Program-made: the position numbers and the translations under genes
NCBI GenBank assembly: GCA_030704615.1
Contig: CM060732.1
Span: forward strand, 77,934,001-77,998,000
DNA length: 64,000 bases
Reading direction: 5' to 3'
From: Takakia lepidozioides
Taxonomy: Eukaryota; Plantae; Bryophyta
Shown here: positions 12,390 to 23,518 of the stretch, piece by piece
Layout of the letters: each line of letters opens with the position of its first letter
Position numbering within the stretch: the first letter of the stretch is position 1
Notes under the pieces: model-generated
Database searches by the model: none
What the model saw: the letters and a program-made list of their open reading frames with translations, nothing else
Told to the model about the DNA's origin: nothing

Positions 12390-13284
12390 TGGGGACATCA
12401 ACCTTGGAGCGTGGGGGAGGAAATGCATGCTTAGCCCGGCTTAGTCAGCTTAGTAATCCGATTGCAAAAACTTGTATTGTACAAACATGCTATAAATGAA
12501 ATGGCTTCCAAATGTTGTGCGTCTTATTTTGTTTGGAATGGTGATGCATGGTATGGTTGGCTAGTGTGTAGAATGCATGCTAGCTTATAAAAGTGGGAGA
12601 GGTAAATTGGGTTAATCGTGTGTTTGCGTAGTGCCGAAATCGGGTGACCCCCATCCAAGGGGCAAGGAAACTTGCGCCTTCTTTGGGAGTTCACGTGCTA
12701 GTGCGCACCTGGCGCGTGCGCGTACTATAACTGCGCTACCGAGGTGGTTGCCTTGTAGTGCGGGCTAACGCGGAAGCTACGTGCTTCCGTTCACGTACTA
12801 TAATCGTGTAGCCTCGGGACGAAGTCGTAGTGCGGCTTCGACGTGTTCCCGTACCTCAGGCCAGCATTCCAAGACGGACCCAATTGTAGTGATTGGGGTG
12901 CACGGTTGGTTCAAGGTTATCAAAGGGGGTTCTAGGTAAACCCTTGCGCAAGGTGATGCCAAAGACAGCATCATGAGCGATCGCAAGCAATGTTGTTGCA
13001 GTAAGGCGATTCGATCCTCGGGGAGGATCGTTCCTTGGCCTTGAAGTAGGCCAAGAAGAGTGCACTGGGAGGAGCTTGAGAGGCTCCACCCCTGGCCGGG
13101 ACTTGGAGGAAGTCGGCTGAACTAGCTAGTGGAGAGTAGAGTCAAGTGTGGGGTTTGGTTCTTTGCCATGGGACGCCATGGTACGGAAACAAACTCCTTG
13201 ATGTGGGACGTCACAACTTGGATGTTTGTTTCTACAAAATGGACAAGTCGATGAGGACATCGAATCCCTGTTGGTAGGGGTGTG

Positions 13285-13979
13285 TGTCGCGGCCCTTTGC
13301 CTTGAGGGCAGGGGGTCGGGACACATGAGGGGCTGCCCCTGTGGTGGGGGCAGCGGCAGCGATAGGTATGGGGGGCTGAAGCACCCTTGAGTGCCCAAGG
13401 CACTCAGGGAAGCGGAAGCGCTCACTAGGTGGGCTCCACAAGGGGTGGTGGTAGCTTAGCGGGACCTAGTGGGGGTGGCATAGGACTCACCATGGGGGCG
13501 GAGACCTCATGGTGGGAGTCGTGGGGAGTCTTGGGACTCATCACGGTCCATAGGGGCCGTGGTGAGTGGGCCAAGACTCACCGCAACTCATCACCGGGAG
13601 TTGAGGGTTTTCGTGGTGGTTCGCCATAAAATGGCATGGCTGGTTGTGAAACCCCCGCAGATAGCTACAGAAGTATATATAGGGAGTAGTAACCCCGAGA
13701 ACGGTGCAAGCCCATTGGTGACCAAAAACTAGTGAGTAAGCGAGCGAGCCGGAAAGCGACCAAAGAGTGGGGAGCTGTCCGGACTGCCATCTACCAAAGG
13801 GAATTCCACTAGGCCCAAATAGGTGGAGGGTTTAGTGGGGGAGCGAAGGGGGACCGTTATGTCCCGGTGAGCAGCCGAAGCTCCAAGTTGGCCCGGCGGC
13901 CAGGTTGGGAGTCAGGCGCGTGCATCAAAGCAAGTAACTATGACTTGAATGGGAGTTTACCGAAGTGAGGTGCGCGACA
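13285..13979 (+). repeat. 3' LTR (695 bp)
   Basis: Matches the 5' LTR with about 15 substitutions, one 30-bp and two 1-bp gaps. Preceded by GGTAGGGGTG (PPT-like). Confidence 0.97.
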
Positions 13980-14071
13980 CAACATGACTGGTTGCGGAAG
14001 TTGCCACGGACGACAACTAAACGGGTCCACAATATATGTTGTTATAGTGTCTTGCCATCCGGCACATTCTT

Positions 14072-17000
14072 TTGTGTCGTTGCCATATCCGCACATGGAT
14101 GCGGACTCTTTGGGAGAAGCAATCGGAACACCTGTCGTTTGGGATGTGGTGCAAATTCAAAAAGATACTGGGACTGACACCAACACCAACAAATGAGGAT
14201 CCTCAGTTCTCGGAGGTCGAATTGACATCTGCGACTGATTCCCATCCAAAATTCAATGAACAAATTGAATCTGATATGTCAAGGCTGTATCCGAATAACG
14301 ATGTTACTATGGGTAGAGACAGTTGGAGAAATAAATTGTGTATTCTCCTTGGAGATGAACAAAGTGCTTTGTACGAGGGCAGAATTCAAGCATGTCATCC
14401 TGACGAGATCATACTTTGCGAGAAAGTTGGAGAACATCACGTCGGGGTGCTCGTTACAGGATTTTGAATGGCGGTTCGACCAATCTCATGTGTCTCGTGA
14501 ACTGGCCATTGACGCAGACTCGGTTGATTGATAGTGGCAGGACATTGTCACATGAGCTTCATAGGTTCATCAATAGCCGGGAACAAACAGATATTGGTCA
14601 CAACGAGAAAGGTGTGAAAAAAACAGCATACCGGCATTTCAACAGACCAAAAAAAGATCCGAAAAAAGACGATTCCAAAAAGATAAATACTCGCATCTCT
14701 TTGCAGGCAGTTCGAGAAGTCAGCAACAAACAATGTTGCAATTTACAGTGTTGCCAATATTTCGACTGGAGAAAAACACTCGCTATCCGGACCGCTTATT
14801 GGGGATCCTCTTATGACAAACGGAGAGAGCTCGGTTTTGATGTTCCCAAAAAAGACTTCATCGAATCGACGGGGTTTCGACAAAGGCCTAAATAACCATT
14901 GAGGGCGTTGATGTGTGTGAGACATCTTGGTAGACAATTCACAGAATCGGTCGTTCAACCTACATGGAATACAAAAAACTAAGCAGAGAGGGTGTGGTTA
15001 CATCGTTGCACGGGAATTCCGGAGTGAAACGGCCTCGTCCACAAACTCGTCAAGCTGAAGGAAACTTAATGTCGATTATAAACGGAAATGCCGATCTCAT
15101 GCCTCATAAGACCCGTTGTATTGGAGACGGACGGAGAGATACTCTTCGAGTTCTGCCATCTGAACTGAACTGGAAAAAACTTTGTGAGGAGTGTAATGAG
15201 GTCAGTTCTGCTTCTTTTTACCACTTTCCGAATTCTATATTTTTTGGGACCTTCCCTGTTTTGCTTCCACGCAATGTATCAGACCTCTCACTATTAAAGC
15301 TCCGGCGATCGCGCGAGGTTCATTTTCCCTTGTCTGTCTTGTAGGCGAATAAAATATGTAGGTTGAAGCCTATCTCCCAGGCAGCCGTCAGCAGAATCAA
15401 ACAACAGATTTTTCCCAATGTCAAGGTTAGAAAAAATGGTAGCACGTTTGCCAAATGCACAGACTGTGAGATGCTCAAAGACCTAATCAAGAAGTCGGTC
15501 AAACGTAGTGATGAGCAGGTCTCGCACAAGAAAACACTTGATAAGCACCTCAGGCTTCAGGAGTCTTGCAGGAGACTCTATTACAGCTGGAGGAATGAGT
15601 CAGCTATGATGCCGTCCGAGTTCCTCTGCATCATTCATGACAAGATGGACCATCGGAAAACAACTATTCCAAGGTTGCAGACGACGAACAAGATGGTCTC
15701 CGGCTTAGCTTCCAATCTCGTTAACCGGCATGGTCACCCATGGCCACGGGGACGGAGCCTACGGACAGTACTATCTGGATTTCTGGCCGGGAGATCCGAA
15801 CTTCACGATTGGCTCTCTAGCAAGATGCCTCCGCCAACTAGAGAAGCTCTCTTGCCACGAAAGTCGTAACATCTTTGACCACCCACCTCAGAATTCATTT
15901 TTCGAATCTCTCATGAAGGGTAAATCGAGGTGTCTCGACGTCTTGAAACCTTTCGGCGATAAGGAGAAGAAAAAAGGAAAAGTCCCTCTTCCGTGAAGAC
16001 TCTACCTGCAGTTGGACAACTGCGTGAAGGAAAACAAAAACACGTGGATATTGGCTTTTCTGTCGCTCCTAACTGCCAGAGGAGTGTTTGAGGAGATTCA
16101 GATGGGATTTCTCATGGTTGGCCATACCCATGAGGACATCGACGGATTCTTCAGTTATTTATCGAAGAAGCTGAAGCAAAACAACACCTACGTTCTCTCC
16201 GATCTTATGAGGTTTTTTATGATCTCTCAAGATCTGCAATTTATTCCTCAAATCATTTAAGAGGTGCCAGATTTCAAGGCGTATGTGGACGGTTGCATTC
16301 TCGATGGAAAAGAGGCTTTAGTTGGCCAAACATAAATGCATATATTTTGATTCTATGTAGATGAAGATGGTTGGCCTGTCATGAAGTTTAAGAAGTTTGC
16401 TACTGATTCTGAGTGGCTCCCCAAAAAAGGTGCGGTGAAGATGTGGAAGTCGAATCCCGATGGATCTCCAAAGTTGCCTGTAGCAGTACAACCCAGGGCT
16501 GTAAAAAAAACACCAATTGGGGTGTGGGAGATGACTCATCCGATAAATAGTCTTTTATCAAAACTGGAATTAAAAAATATAGGGAGTTCTGGAAGAAGGG
16601 GATGTTGCTTGACGATCATTATCGTGACATCATGATACAGTATGATCAATACTGGGAAGCAATCCTTGCAGAACTTGATCTTCTCATTCCTGGATAATCA
16701 CGACATTCAATCGCGCTTAAAGAGGGTTTTTGGCCCTCAACCAAGTGGGCTGTCAACCACCACAGAGCCGGAATCCATACACATGTAGAGGATGATCTGT
16801 TGGAAGAAGATGAAGTCATGGAGCCGTATTGTGGCCCCCGGTGTGATAGACCGAAGCAGCCTCTAAATCCGTTCAAGGATATTGAGAACGGATTCTTCGT
16901 CTTGGTTCGACCAGTAGATACTATGACGTTTCTAGTTTGGATGGGGATGGCAATATCGGATGTGGTCCGCGACAGAGGATCCAAGAATTTTAAGAAGGTT

Positions 17001-17264
17001 CACGTCCGATGGTGGAGACCCAAGAAAGGAGGTAGCCCTTCCGATTTGGACAGGTACAAAGATTGTTGGTCCAAAGTTTGGGAGTTCAATCCATATGATC
17101 TCCCCTCTGTCGTTTGGACAATGCCCGCCAGAAAAAACACGAAACGTAATACCTCTAAGAAAATTACCACGGTGGAGGCGGAGAAAGCACAAGCAAATTT
17201 GGATGAGGCCAATCAACAGTCAAACAATGAAGACAATGCAACCTCAGGCGGAGAACAATGTTGA
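14072..17264 (+). pseudogene. Sola1/DUF7869-like DDE transposase pseudogene (its 5' part probably lies at ~7690-7849, left of the Gypsy insertion)
   Basis: CCNLQCC, HGN, DLMPH, FAKCTDC...H, IIHDKMD, LYLQLDNCVKENKN, FLMVGHTHEDIDGFFS, and C-terminal FVLVRP..VW.G.A..VRWWRP. Intron ~15201-15344. Several CGA/CAA-derived stops and frameshifts. Confidence 0.8.
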
Positions 17265-17744
17265 CAATGACGTATTGTGGAGGTTCACTCCTCGGCATGT
17301 TTTCAAGAATAAAACTAATGTTTTACCTCCACTCTCCATTTGTTTCTCTTCACGTGTTCAAATATTAATCTACCTTCTTTGCCAGCCACCAGCTTTTTTT
17401 CCGGACCTCATCTATGTAACGTTTCAGGAACCTCGAGTGATCATCCGGAGTTCCTAGTTTTCCTGATGTCACTTCTTCCTTCTCTTTGCAGCTCCTCATA
17501 TTACACCCATTTCTTTTGGTTCTCTGGTTCTCACCAAAGTGTCTTCTCCTCAACAGATTCGCCTATCTCCTTCATTCTCGGTCCACATGGTCATATTGTT
17601 GGGCTCAATATGATTGGTCTAAAAAATGTCCTGAGTATAAACCGCGTGGCAATTTGTAAAAGTTGTTGTTTCAATGGACAGGCTTTCTCGCGGTTTACTG
17701 CTTGTGAATCTTATGAATCTTCGTCTCCGCAGGCATGCTAAAAG

Positions 17745-18435
17745 CCATGATTTCACCGAACATCAATTCTAAAGGACCTTGTGTGTGTGCAGCTTGTGCC
17801 TGAAGCCTTCAAAATGACATCTGGTAATCTGTAGGCATTCACCTTTTAGCCTTGTTTGTCCCACCATTGGCTGGGGTCAGAAAAAGTATTCATCCCACAG
17901 CTTCTCCTTTTCTCTGTTTACCTGTTTTTGGATACTTTCCTGTGTCACATTGGCAGTGTCATGTCAAAGTCACTCCAAACTACCAAAGGTTCACTCAATA
18001 AGCTAACTTGCAGAATTCAACATGGAAATCTAGGGCGGATTCTGATAAGAGGGGAAAACAAGGTGAAATGTGTTGAAAAAGGTGTCTTCTCCTCATCCAT
18101 GTTATCTGTTTTTTGATACTTTCCTGCTGCCACATCAGCAGTAACTTGTCAAAGTCACTCCTAACCACCACAGATCCACCCAACGAGCTAACTTACAGAG
18201 TTCAATATGCATCTCAAGGCCTAGTCTGATGAGAGGGTAAAACAGACATAAATAGGTTGAAGAAGAAGGTGCACACACCACATTGTCCTTGACCTTGTGT
18301 CATGACCCATGGAGGATTTCACCAAACATCAACCCTAAAGAACCTCTTGTGTGTGCAGCTTGTGTGTGCAGCCTTCAGAATGACATCTGGTAATCTGCAG
18401 GCTTTCACCTTTTTGCCTCGTTTGTCCCACCAAGC
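17745..18435. repeat. Nested internal duplications A-B-B-A
   Basis: ~120-bp unit at ~17749-17866 and ~18315-18432; ~160-185-bp tandem unit at ~17926-18085 and ~18111-18271. About 75-80% identity by eye. Confidence 0.8.
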
Positions 18436-19006
18436 AGTTGGTTCGATTGACATTTTGTTCATGAAGTCCTCTGCCACCTCCACTCAACATGCGCGGCCAT
18501 GATTTTGACTCACGGATTGATCTGTGAGAACCACCACGGTGCATCTAAGCAGGTAGAGATTGAACACGGCCTGCTAAGACCAAGCTGACTCTCCCAAGAA
18601 CCTTGCAAACATCAGGAAGAATACCAAATCATGGTACTGACAGGAGCCAAGAGCCCACCTTTACAGGATATACAAACTTCTTCAAATCATACATTAAGAA
18701 AAAACGACACCCTTCCCCCATCATTTGCTTGATCCTTCATCTGCCAAGACAATCTCTTCAGCAAGTCTTCAGCTCAGCATGGATTTCCTCAAATTCGTTG
18801 AGAGCTTGCAGCTTTCAAGGTGAACGATGGCGGAAACGTAGATCAAGAAAATCAAGATCCGGGCATTTCAGGCAGTTCCGAAAACGTTGGCGCGGCAATT
18901 TCTATTGGCGTATTTCGGATAGGTAGTCCGGGCAGATTGACGAAATTTGACGACGAAACGTGGCGACGATGACGTGGCACTATGGCACCCTATTCCTGCT
19001 CTACGC

Positions 19007-19042
19007 TATACTAGCTTCCAACCTTCGGTTGTCGCTAGAATA
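19007..19042 (-). other. Nested terminal hairpin (Helentron/DINE-1-like end)
   Basis: TATACTAGC-ttc-CAACC-TTC-GGTTG-tc-GCTAGAATA: an outer 9-bp stem (1 mismatch) enclosing a 5-bp stem with a GAA triloop on the minus strand. Confidence 0.75.
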
Positions 19043-19055
19043 ATAGTGGTAGGCA

Positions 19056-19584
19056 ATAGGGGGTGGGGAGGATTTGACAGGGGCCCCGCCGGAGGAGCCC
19101 GGGTTGCCGGAGTCCACCGAAAGCACTGTCAGATCACACACGCGTCCATTAAGTTCTTAAATTATTCCTATTGTCTTCCCAATTGCAGTATCGGGTTGAT
19201 TTTTTGCTGGGCCCACCACACTCACAGCCATATCCTACTCCAAGTTATCCAAGTATGCACGAAATTTCATGCTAAAATGCCAAAGGATGCTACATGCTCC
19301 TTTGTATGTATTCTTTGGGGGGTTCATATATGTTCCAGTTCATGGAATTTCTGTTGTCAAAAAATGTACAGAAATCCAAGATTTTTTTCTATCCGAGCAG
19401 TAAGAGAATGAGTTCCTTTGATCCTCATCATAATGTTAAATTTTTTTGGGAATCCAACGGTGAATTTTTCAAAAGTTGAGGCCTAAGTGGGGCCAAGTGT
19501 TTTGGAGCTGGCTGTTGCATGCACCAATAGAAAGTTGCCAAGTAGGTAGTCAACCCTGCCTAGCCCCTCTCCTTACCTAACCCC
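19056..19584. mobile_element. Putative non-autonomous DNA element (MITE-like)
   Basis: G-rich left end and C-rich right end (GGGGTGGGGAGG.../...CTCCTTACCTAACCCC) around an AT-rich noncoding core. TIR is weak. Confidence 0.3.
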
Positions 19585-19835
19585 AGCGTTTTTGCAAAAA
19601 TCTGCAGGTCAGGGTTTCACTCCAAATGCATTCATTTCCACTTGTGGGTGGGGACTATCTTGTCAGCAAATTTATTGCTTCAGGAATAGTTTAATTTCAA
19701 CAAAATCTCAGCAAGATATGGGCATTTTTCTTACAGGTCGAGACCCAATTCAGGTAGCGTAGGAAGTTAAGGGATAACTGACTACATTCAACTTTTGGGA
19801 ATACCTTCTCTTCCTTTCTGATAAATTGAAATTCA

Positions 19836-22800
19836 TCATTCAAAAGTCATTTGCTCACATTCATCTTTGATAGTCGCGAAGAGAGCTGTGCTCAGATACC
19901 GCTCTGCAGCACTGGGTAGCATAACCACTATGGTCTTGCCTGCATTCTCAGGCTCCTGTGCTACCTGGTACCGTTTCATAGTAGAGGTAAATGCACTTGC
20001 ACCAAATTTGAAAAGAAAATCTGCCAACCTATAGAATACATGCACATATCTCTGTCCACGTAGAGAGTATTCATATCAAACACTTACCACTCTACCACAG
20101 AAACCATGGATGAGAGCATTACCTGGAGAGCAGCATAGAAGGCAGCACCAGAGGAGATGCCCACAAGAAGGCCTTCCTCAAGGGCCAGCCTCTGTGCCAT
20201 GGCAATTGCATCCTGACCCTTTACTGCTACAATCTGATTGACCAAGGAGGTGTCCAGATTATCCGGGATAAATCCAGGTCCAATACCTTGTATCTTGTGT
20301 GGACCTGGCTCTGCCCCTGCACAGCCAACAACAAAAGTGCCACACAAGTATGGCTGAACATGTCGCAAGACATATCCATTGAGACTATTACTTCAATAGA
20401 TTTCTGGGAACTCCTCTCAGCATGGAACTGTCTTAGCTCTTTCCTGTAGCATTTTCCCTTAGCTGGTGTCAGAGAAAAGGAAAAGCCCAAAGAGCTTATG
20501 GGGGAGTAAATAATAGCTAGAAGTGGAGAAGGCTCAACAGACCTGAGAGAACTGCACTCTCAGCAGGCTCAACTACAACAAGATGAATGCTCGGATTTTT
20601 GCTCTTGAGAAAACGGCCAGCGCCAGTGAAAGTACCGCCTGTCCCAGCTCCAGCCACAAATATGTCCACCTTTCCTGCCGTGTCTTCCCATATTTCAGGC
20701 CCTGCATCATTGCTTCACATTTTCACATTAGTGATGTAAAAGGAGAGAACCCACCACCACTGTAACTTGCTGCCTATGTACTTGTGAAGGGAACATATTC
20801 TCTTTCTGGAGTCCTTGAATTAGCACTTATGCCAAAGTTCACTGTTCTTGTCCCACAAGTTCATTGGCTCTGTCGACGTAGATAGTCCCTTAATGTTTCT
20901 TTTTTCTAACCATGGACTGAATTAATTTCTTCGTTAGATCTTTGAGCTTCCCATGGACATTACAACTTAGTTTCTTTATAACTTAGTTTCTTTCTGTCTG
21001 TCTTGTCTGTCTTTCTCTCGGATGTTATGAAGAAACATCTCATTTCATTTCTCTCTTTCTCATGAGAGAAGATGTATAGGTGAAAGGCAAGACAGTTGAA
21101 ATAGGAAGGTTACCTGTAGTTTTGAAGTGGGCTTCAGGATTAGCAGGGTTGCTGAACTGGTTCAGCATGTACGAATTCGGAGTGTTGGTCAGTATTTCGT
21201 TGGTCTTCTCTAATACTCCAGCCACACCCTTCCCTGCATCTATTTTCCCAACACCCAAAGAGTCACAGAAGCCTCAGGATAGTCAACCTGAGGCGTAAGA
21301 TGACAATCGGGTTTGCCATTCATGGGTGCTCAGGATCCCAATGGAGACAAAACTAACGAACTGGCCCATCCACAACATTGAGGACTGATTATGCATGAAA
21401 AACTCTCAGGGGCTCAAAAGATGCGGCGTTGAAGTCCAAGTATAATTTCCCTTTGTCACTACTTCACTTTGCATTTTTGCTTCAGCTACACACATTTTCA
21501 AGCTCATGAAAGTCAGAAGCCAAGTAGGGATGATGTGATCCTGAGCAGCATGAACACATAGGAGAAAAATAACCATAACCAGTAGTGGGGCTCACCAATT
21601 GGGATGAAATCTCATCTCAACTTGATGGATACAAGGGCCTGAATTTCAGGAGAAACAGGAGTGTGTGTGTCTCTGACAGAGAGGAAGTAGAATGTCCACA
21701 GGAGGCCCAGAGGTTCCATGGGACAGTGGAAAAACTGAGAGAAATCAAGTTTATTACGTCCAGGTCCACTCACCTGTAATAGCCACTTCTGCTCCAAGAA
21801 ACCGCATAAGCATGCGCCGTTCCATAGAGTAGGTGTGGGGGATGGCAAGGATCACCTTATAACCCCTCTTCTTGCCCACCATAGCCAATGCAAGCCCGGT
21901 GTTTCCACTTGTGGGCTCCACCAGCGTTGTCACTCCCGGTGTTATTAACCCCTTGGCTTCCGCATCCAGAATCATCCTGCCGTAGTACATTACGAACACA
22001 CAATTAAAATGGGATGTGGTAAGGAGGACCATCCTCTAGTCAACACATCACATACTGGAATATTACCGAGATTTTCTGATTCTGACTTCAAATCATTACC
22101 AAGCCATTAACCCCCCCCATTCCACCAATCCCCCAGGACAGGCTAAAAGACCACATTTAAAATGAAAGCATGTGCTACATTGCAACTTTGGCGATCAGTA
22201 TGTGTGTAGGCACGAACTACGCATGTTTCTCAGCCTCTGGTGACCGGTAGATTCTTCCTGAGTTTCTTGATGGCTCTTCATTTCATATTGAAGTGAAAGA
22301 GACAAAAGTGAGAAAGATTACTCGAGTACGATCCGATCTTTCACCGAGCAGCCTGGCTGCTGCCCCTCCAGCTTTCCAATTATCCTTGCTACCGCCCCCT
22401 CCGCGTCTGCTACGTGCTTCAACTCCACTAAGGGAGTCCATCCAATGAGCTGCACAAGCAAATTCAGCAGATGATTTAAGCCTTGAGAGGAACTGATCTA
22501 CCGCAATTTCATGTATTCGTCCACACCCCTTAGCCACATTCTCTGGACAACAACTTATTGTGGAGCTGACGTGGGTCACCATCCAAAAACCACCGGAAAC
22601 AGACAGCTCAATTGAGGGAGTTATCAGAAACAGACGCAGAGGAGGCTACCGCAAATCGGTCAAATAGTACCACACAGCACGCGCTTCGCATATTCAAGCA
22701 GTGGAGCAGAATGACGTCACCCTTGAAGAAACCCTTCGACAGAAAATCGAGTGTCAGATATCAAGGGGAATATTACCTCTTCCACACCGCTGGCAATCTT

Positions 22801-22893
22801 CGTTTTCGAGGGTCGGTCACGAAGCGATGCAGATGTAGAGCTGGGGTGGGTGGAAGTCACAGGTTCGGACGTGACAGCAGGAGGTGGAGCCAT
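19836..22893 (-). CDS. Cysteine synthase / beta-substituted alanine synthase family protein (OAS-TL-like), 7 exons, 351 aa
   Basis: Exons 22893-22777, 22449-22322, 21976-21774, 21239-21114, 20701-20543, 20316-20123, 19964-19836, all GT-AG and in frame (1056 nt). Motifs [13 protein letters not shown] (PLP lysine), PTSGNTG, GTGGT, HKIQGIG, GISSGA, ERYLST. Confidence 0.95.
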
Positions 22894-23518
22894 GACAGCT
22901 TGAGCGATCTGGGTACCACGGTCCACTTCTCACACCTTCCCCTCCATCGCTCCGATCTGGATCAACATGCTGACAAACCCTATTTTATTTTTAGAGTGAG
23001 GGATGGCTCTACATGCCTGCTGTTGACATTGTAACAACAACTCTGACATTTTTGGTACGCATGAGTTCTCAGAGTCAGTCTCAAACTTGCAAATCAGATT
23101 GCACACACTAGCCTAGTTTGTTGGCTGCTAGTACATGCAGTCAATTGCATGGTGGGTCTGGGAATAGTTGTCTGTGATGATATCAAGAGGATAAAGAAAG
23201 ATGTATTCTACTTTTTTTTAGTGGGGGGTGTTGGTGCTATGTTTGCCATGATGCAAAATAGGGCCAGTTGGCAGGTTCTGAAAGGGGGAAAATTGGGTCT
23301 GAGTGGGTGCAACTTACCGGCTCCCACCTTTACTGACCACCCACCAATGCCAACTGTTATCTAACCCAATTCTGACTGGAATGAGCCTAACCAGAGTTGA
23401 ATCGGACCTAACTATGGCGTCCCGTTTGCACCTGTGTGAAAAACGTCCATTTTGCGAATCGCACATGAAAACGCTGGAAATGTGAGAAACTAGTCCGGTG
23501 GACTGTTCAATTGCACAT

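Larger units (their letters stand above)
7850..13979 (+). mobile_element. Full-length Ty3/Gypsy chromovirus LTR retrotransposon (Galadriel-like), defective
   Basis: Paired LTRs TGTCGCG...CGCGACA. TSD CAACG (7845-7849) / CAACA (13980-13984). PBS, gag, PR-RT-RH-INT-chromodomain order and a purine-rich tract before the 3' LTR. Confidence 0.97.
686..15320. repeat. Dispersed CpG-rich quasi-palindromic motif GATCGCGCGAGGTT / AACCTCGCGCGATC
   Basis: Exact 14-mers at 686-699 and 4529-4542 (AACCTC form) and 5429-5442, 7744-7757, 15307-15320 (GAGGTT form). Variants at 5167-5184, 5318-5336, 7602-7615. Perfect palindrome GAAGCACGCGCGTGCTTC at 5081-5098. Confidence 0.9.
5065..19042 (-). mobile_element. 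Putative giant transposon copy 2 (hairpin end at 19042), interrupted on the left by copy 1 and internally by the Gypsy element
   Basis: Terminal nested hairpin at 19007-19042, DDE transposase-like pseudogene and shared family motif. Sharp transition to a MITE-like segment and host genes after 19045. Confidence 0.55.

Noticed and set aside
19011-19038. Canonical Helitron1 3' end (hairpin + CTAG)
   Set aside because: CTAG is part of the hairpin stem and is followed by A rather than T; the nested layout fits Helentron/HLE2-type ends better.
5053-19042. Single element bounded by 12-bp direct repeats (Replitron/Crypton-like, or a TSD)
   Set aside because: No HUH or tyrosine-recombinase ORF. The family motif also occurs left of 5053 in the opposite orientation, which the nested-copy model explains better. 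Not fully excluded.
22283-22582. ORF containing NVAKGC as cysteine synthase exon 2
   Set aside because: The true exon (LIGWTP...SVKDR) is in another frame at 22449-22322 with proper splice sites.
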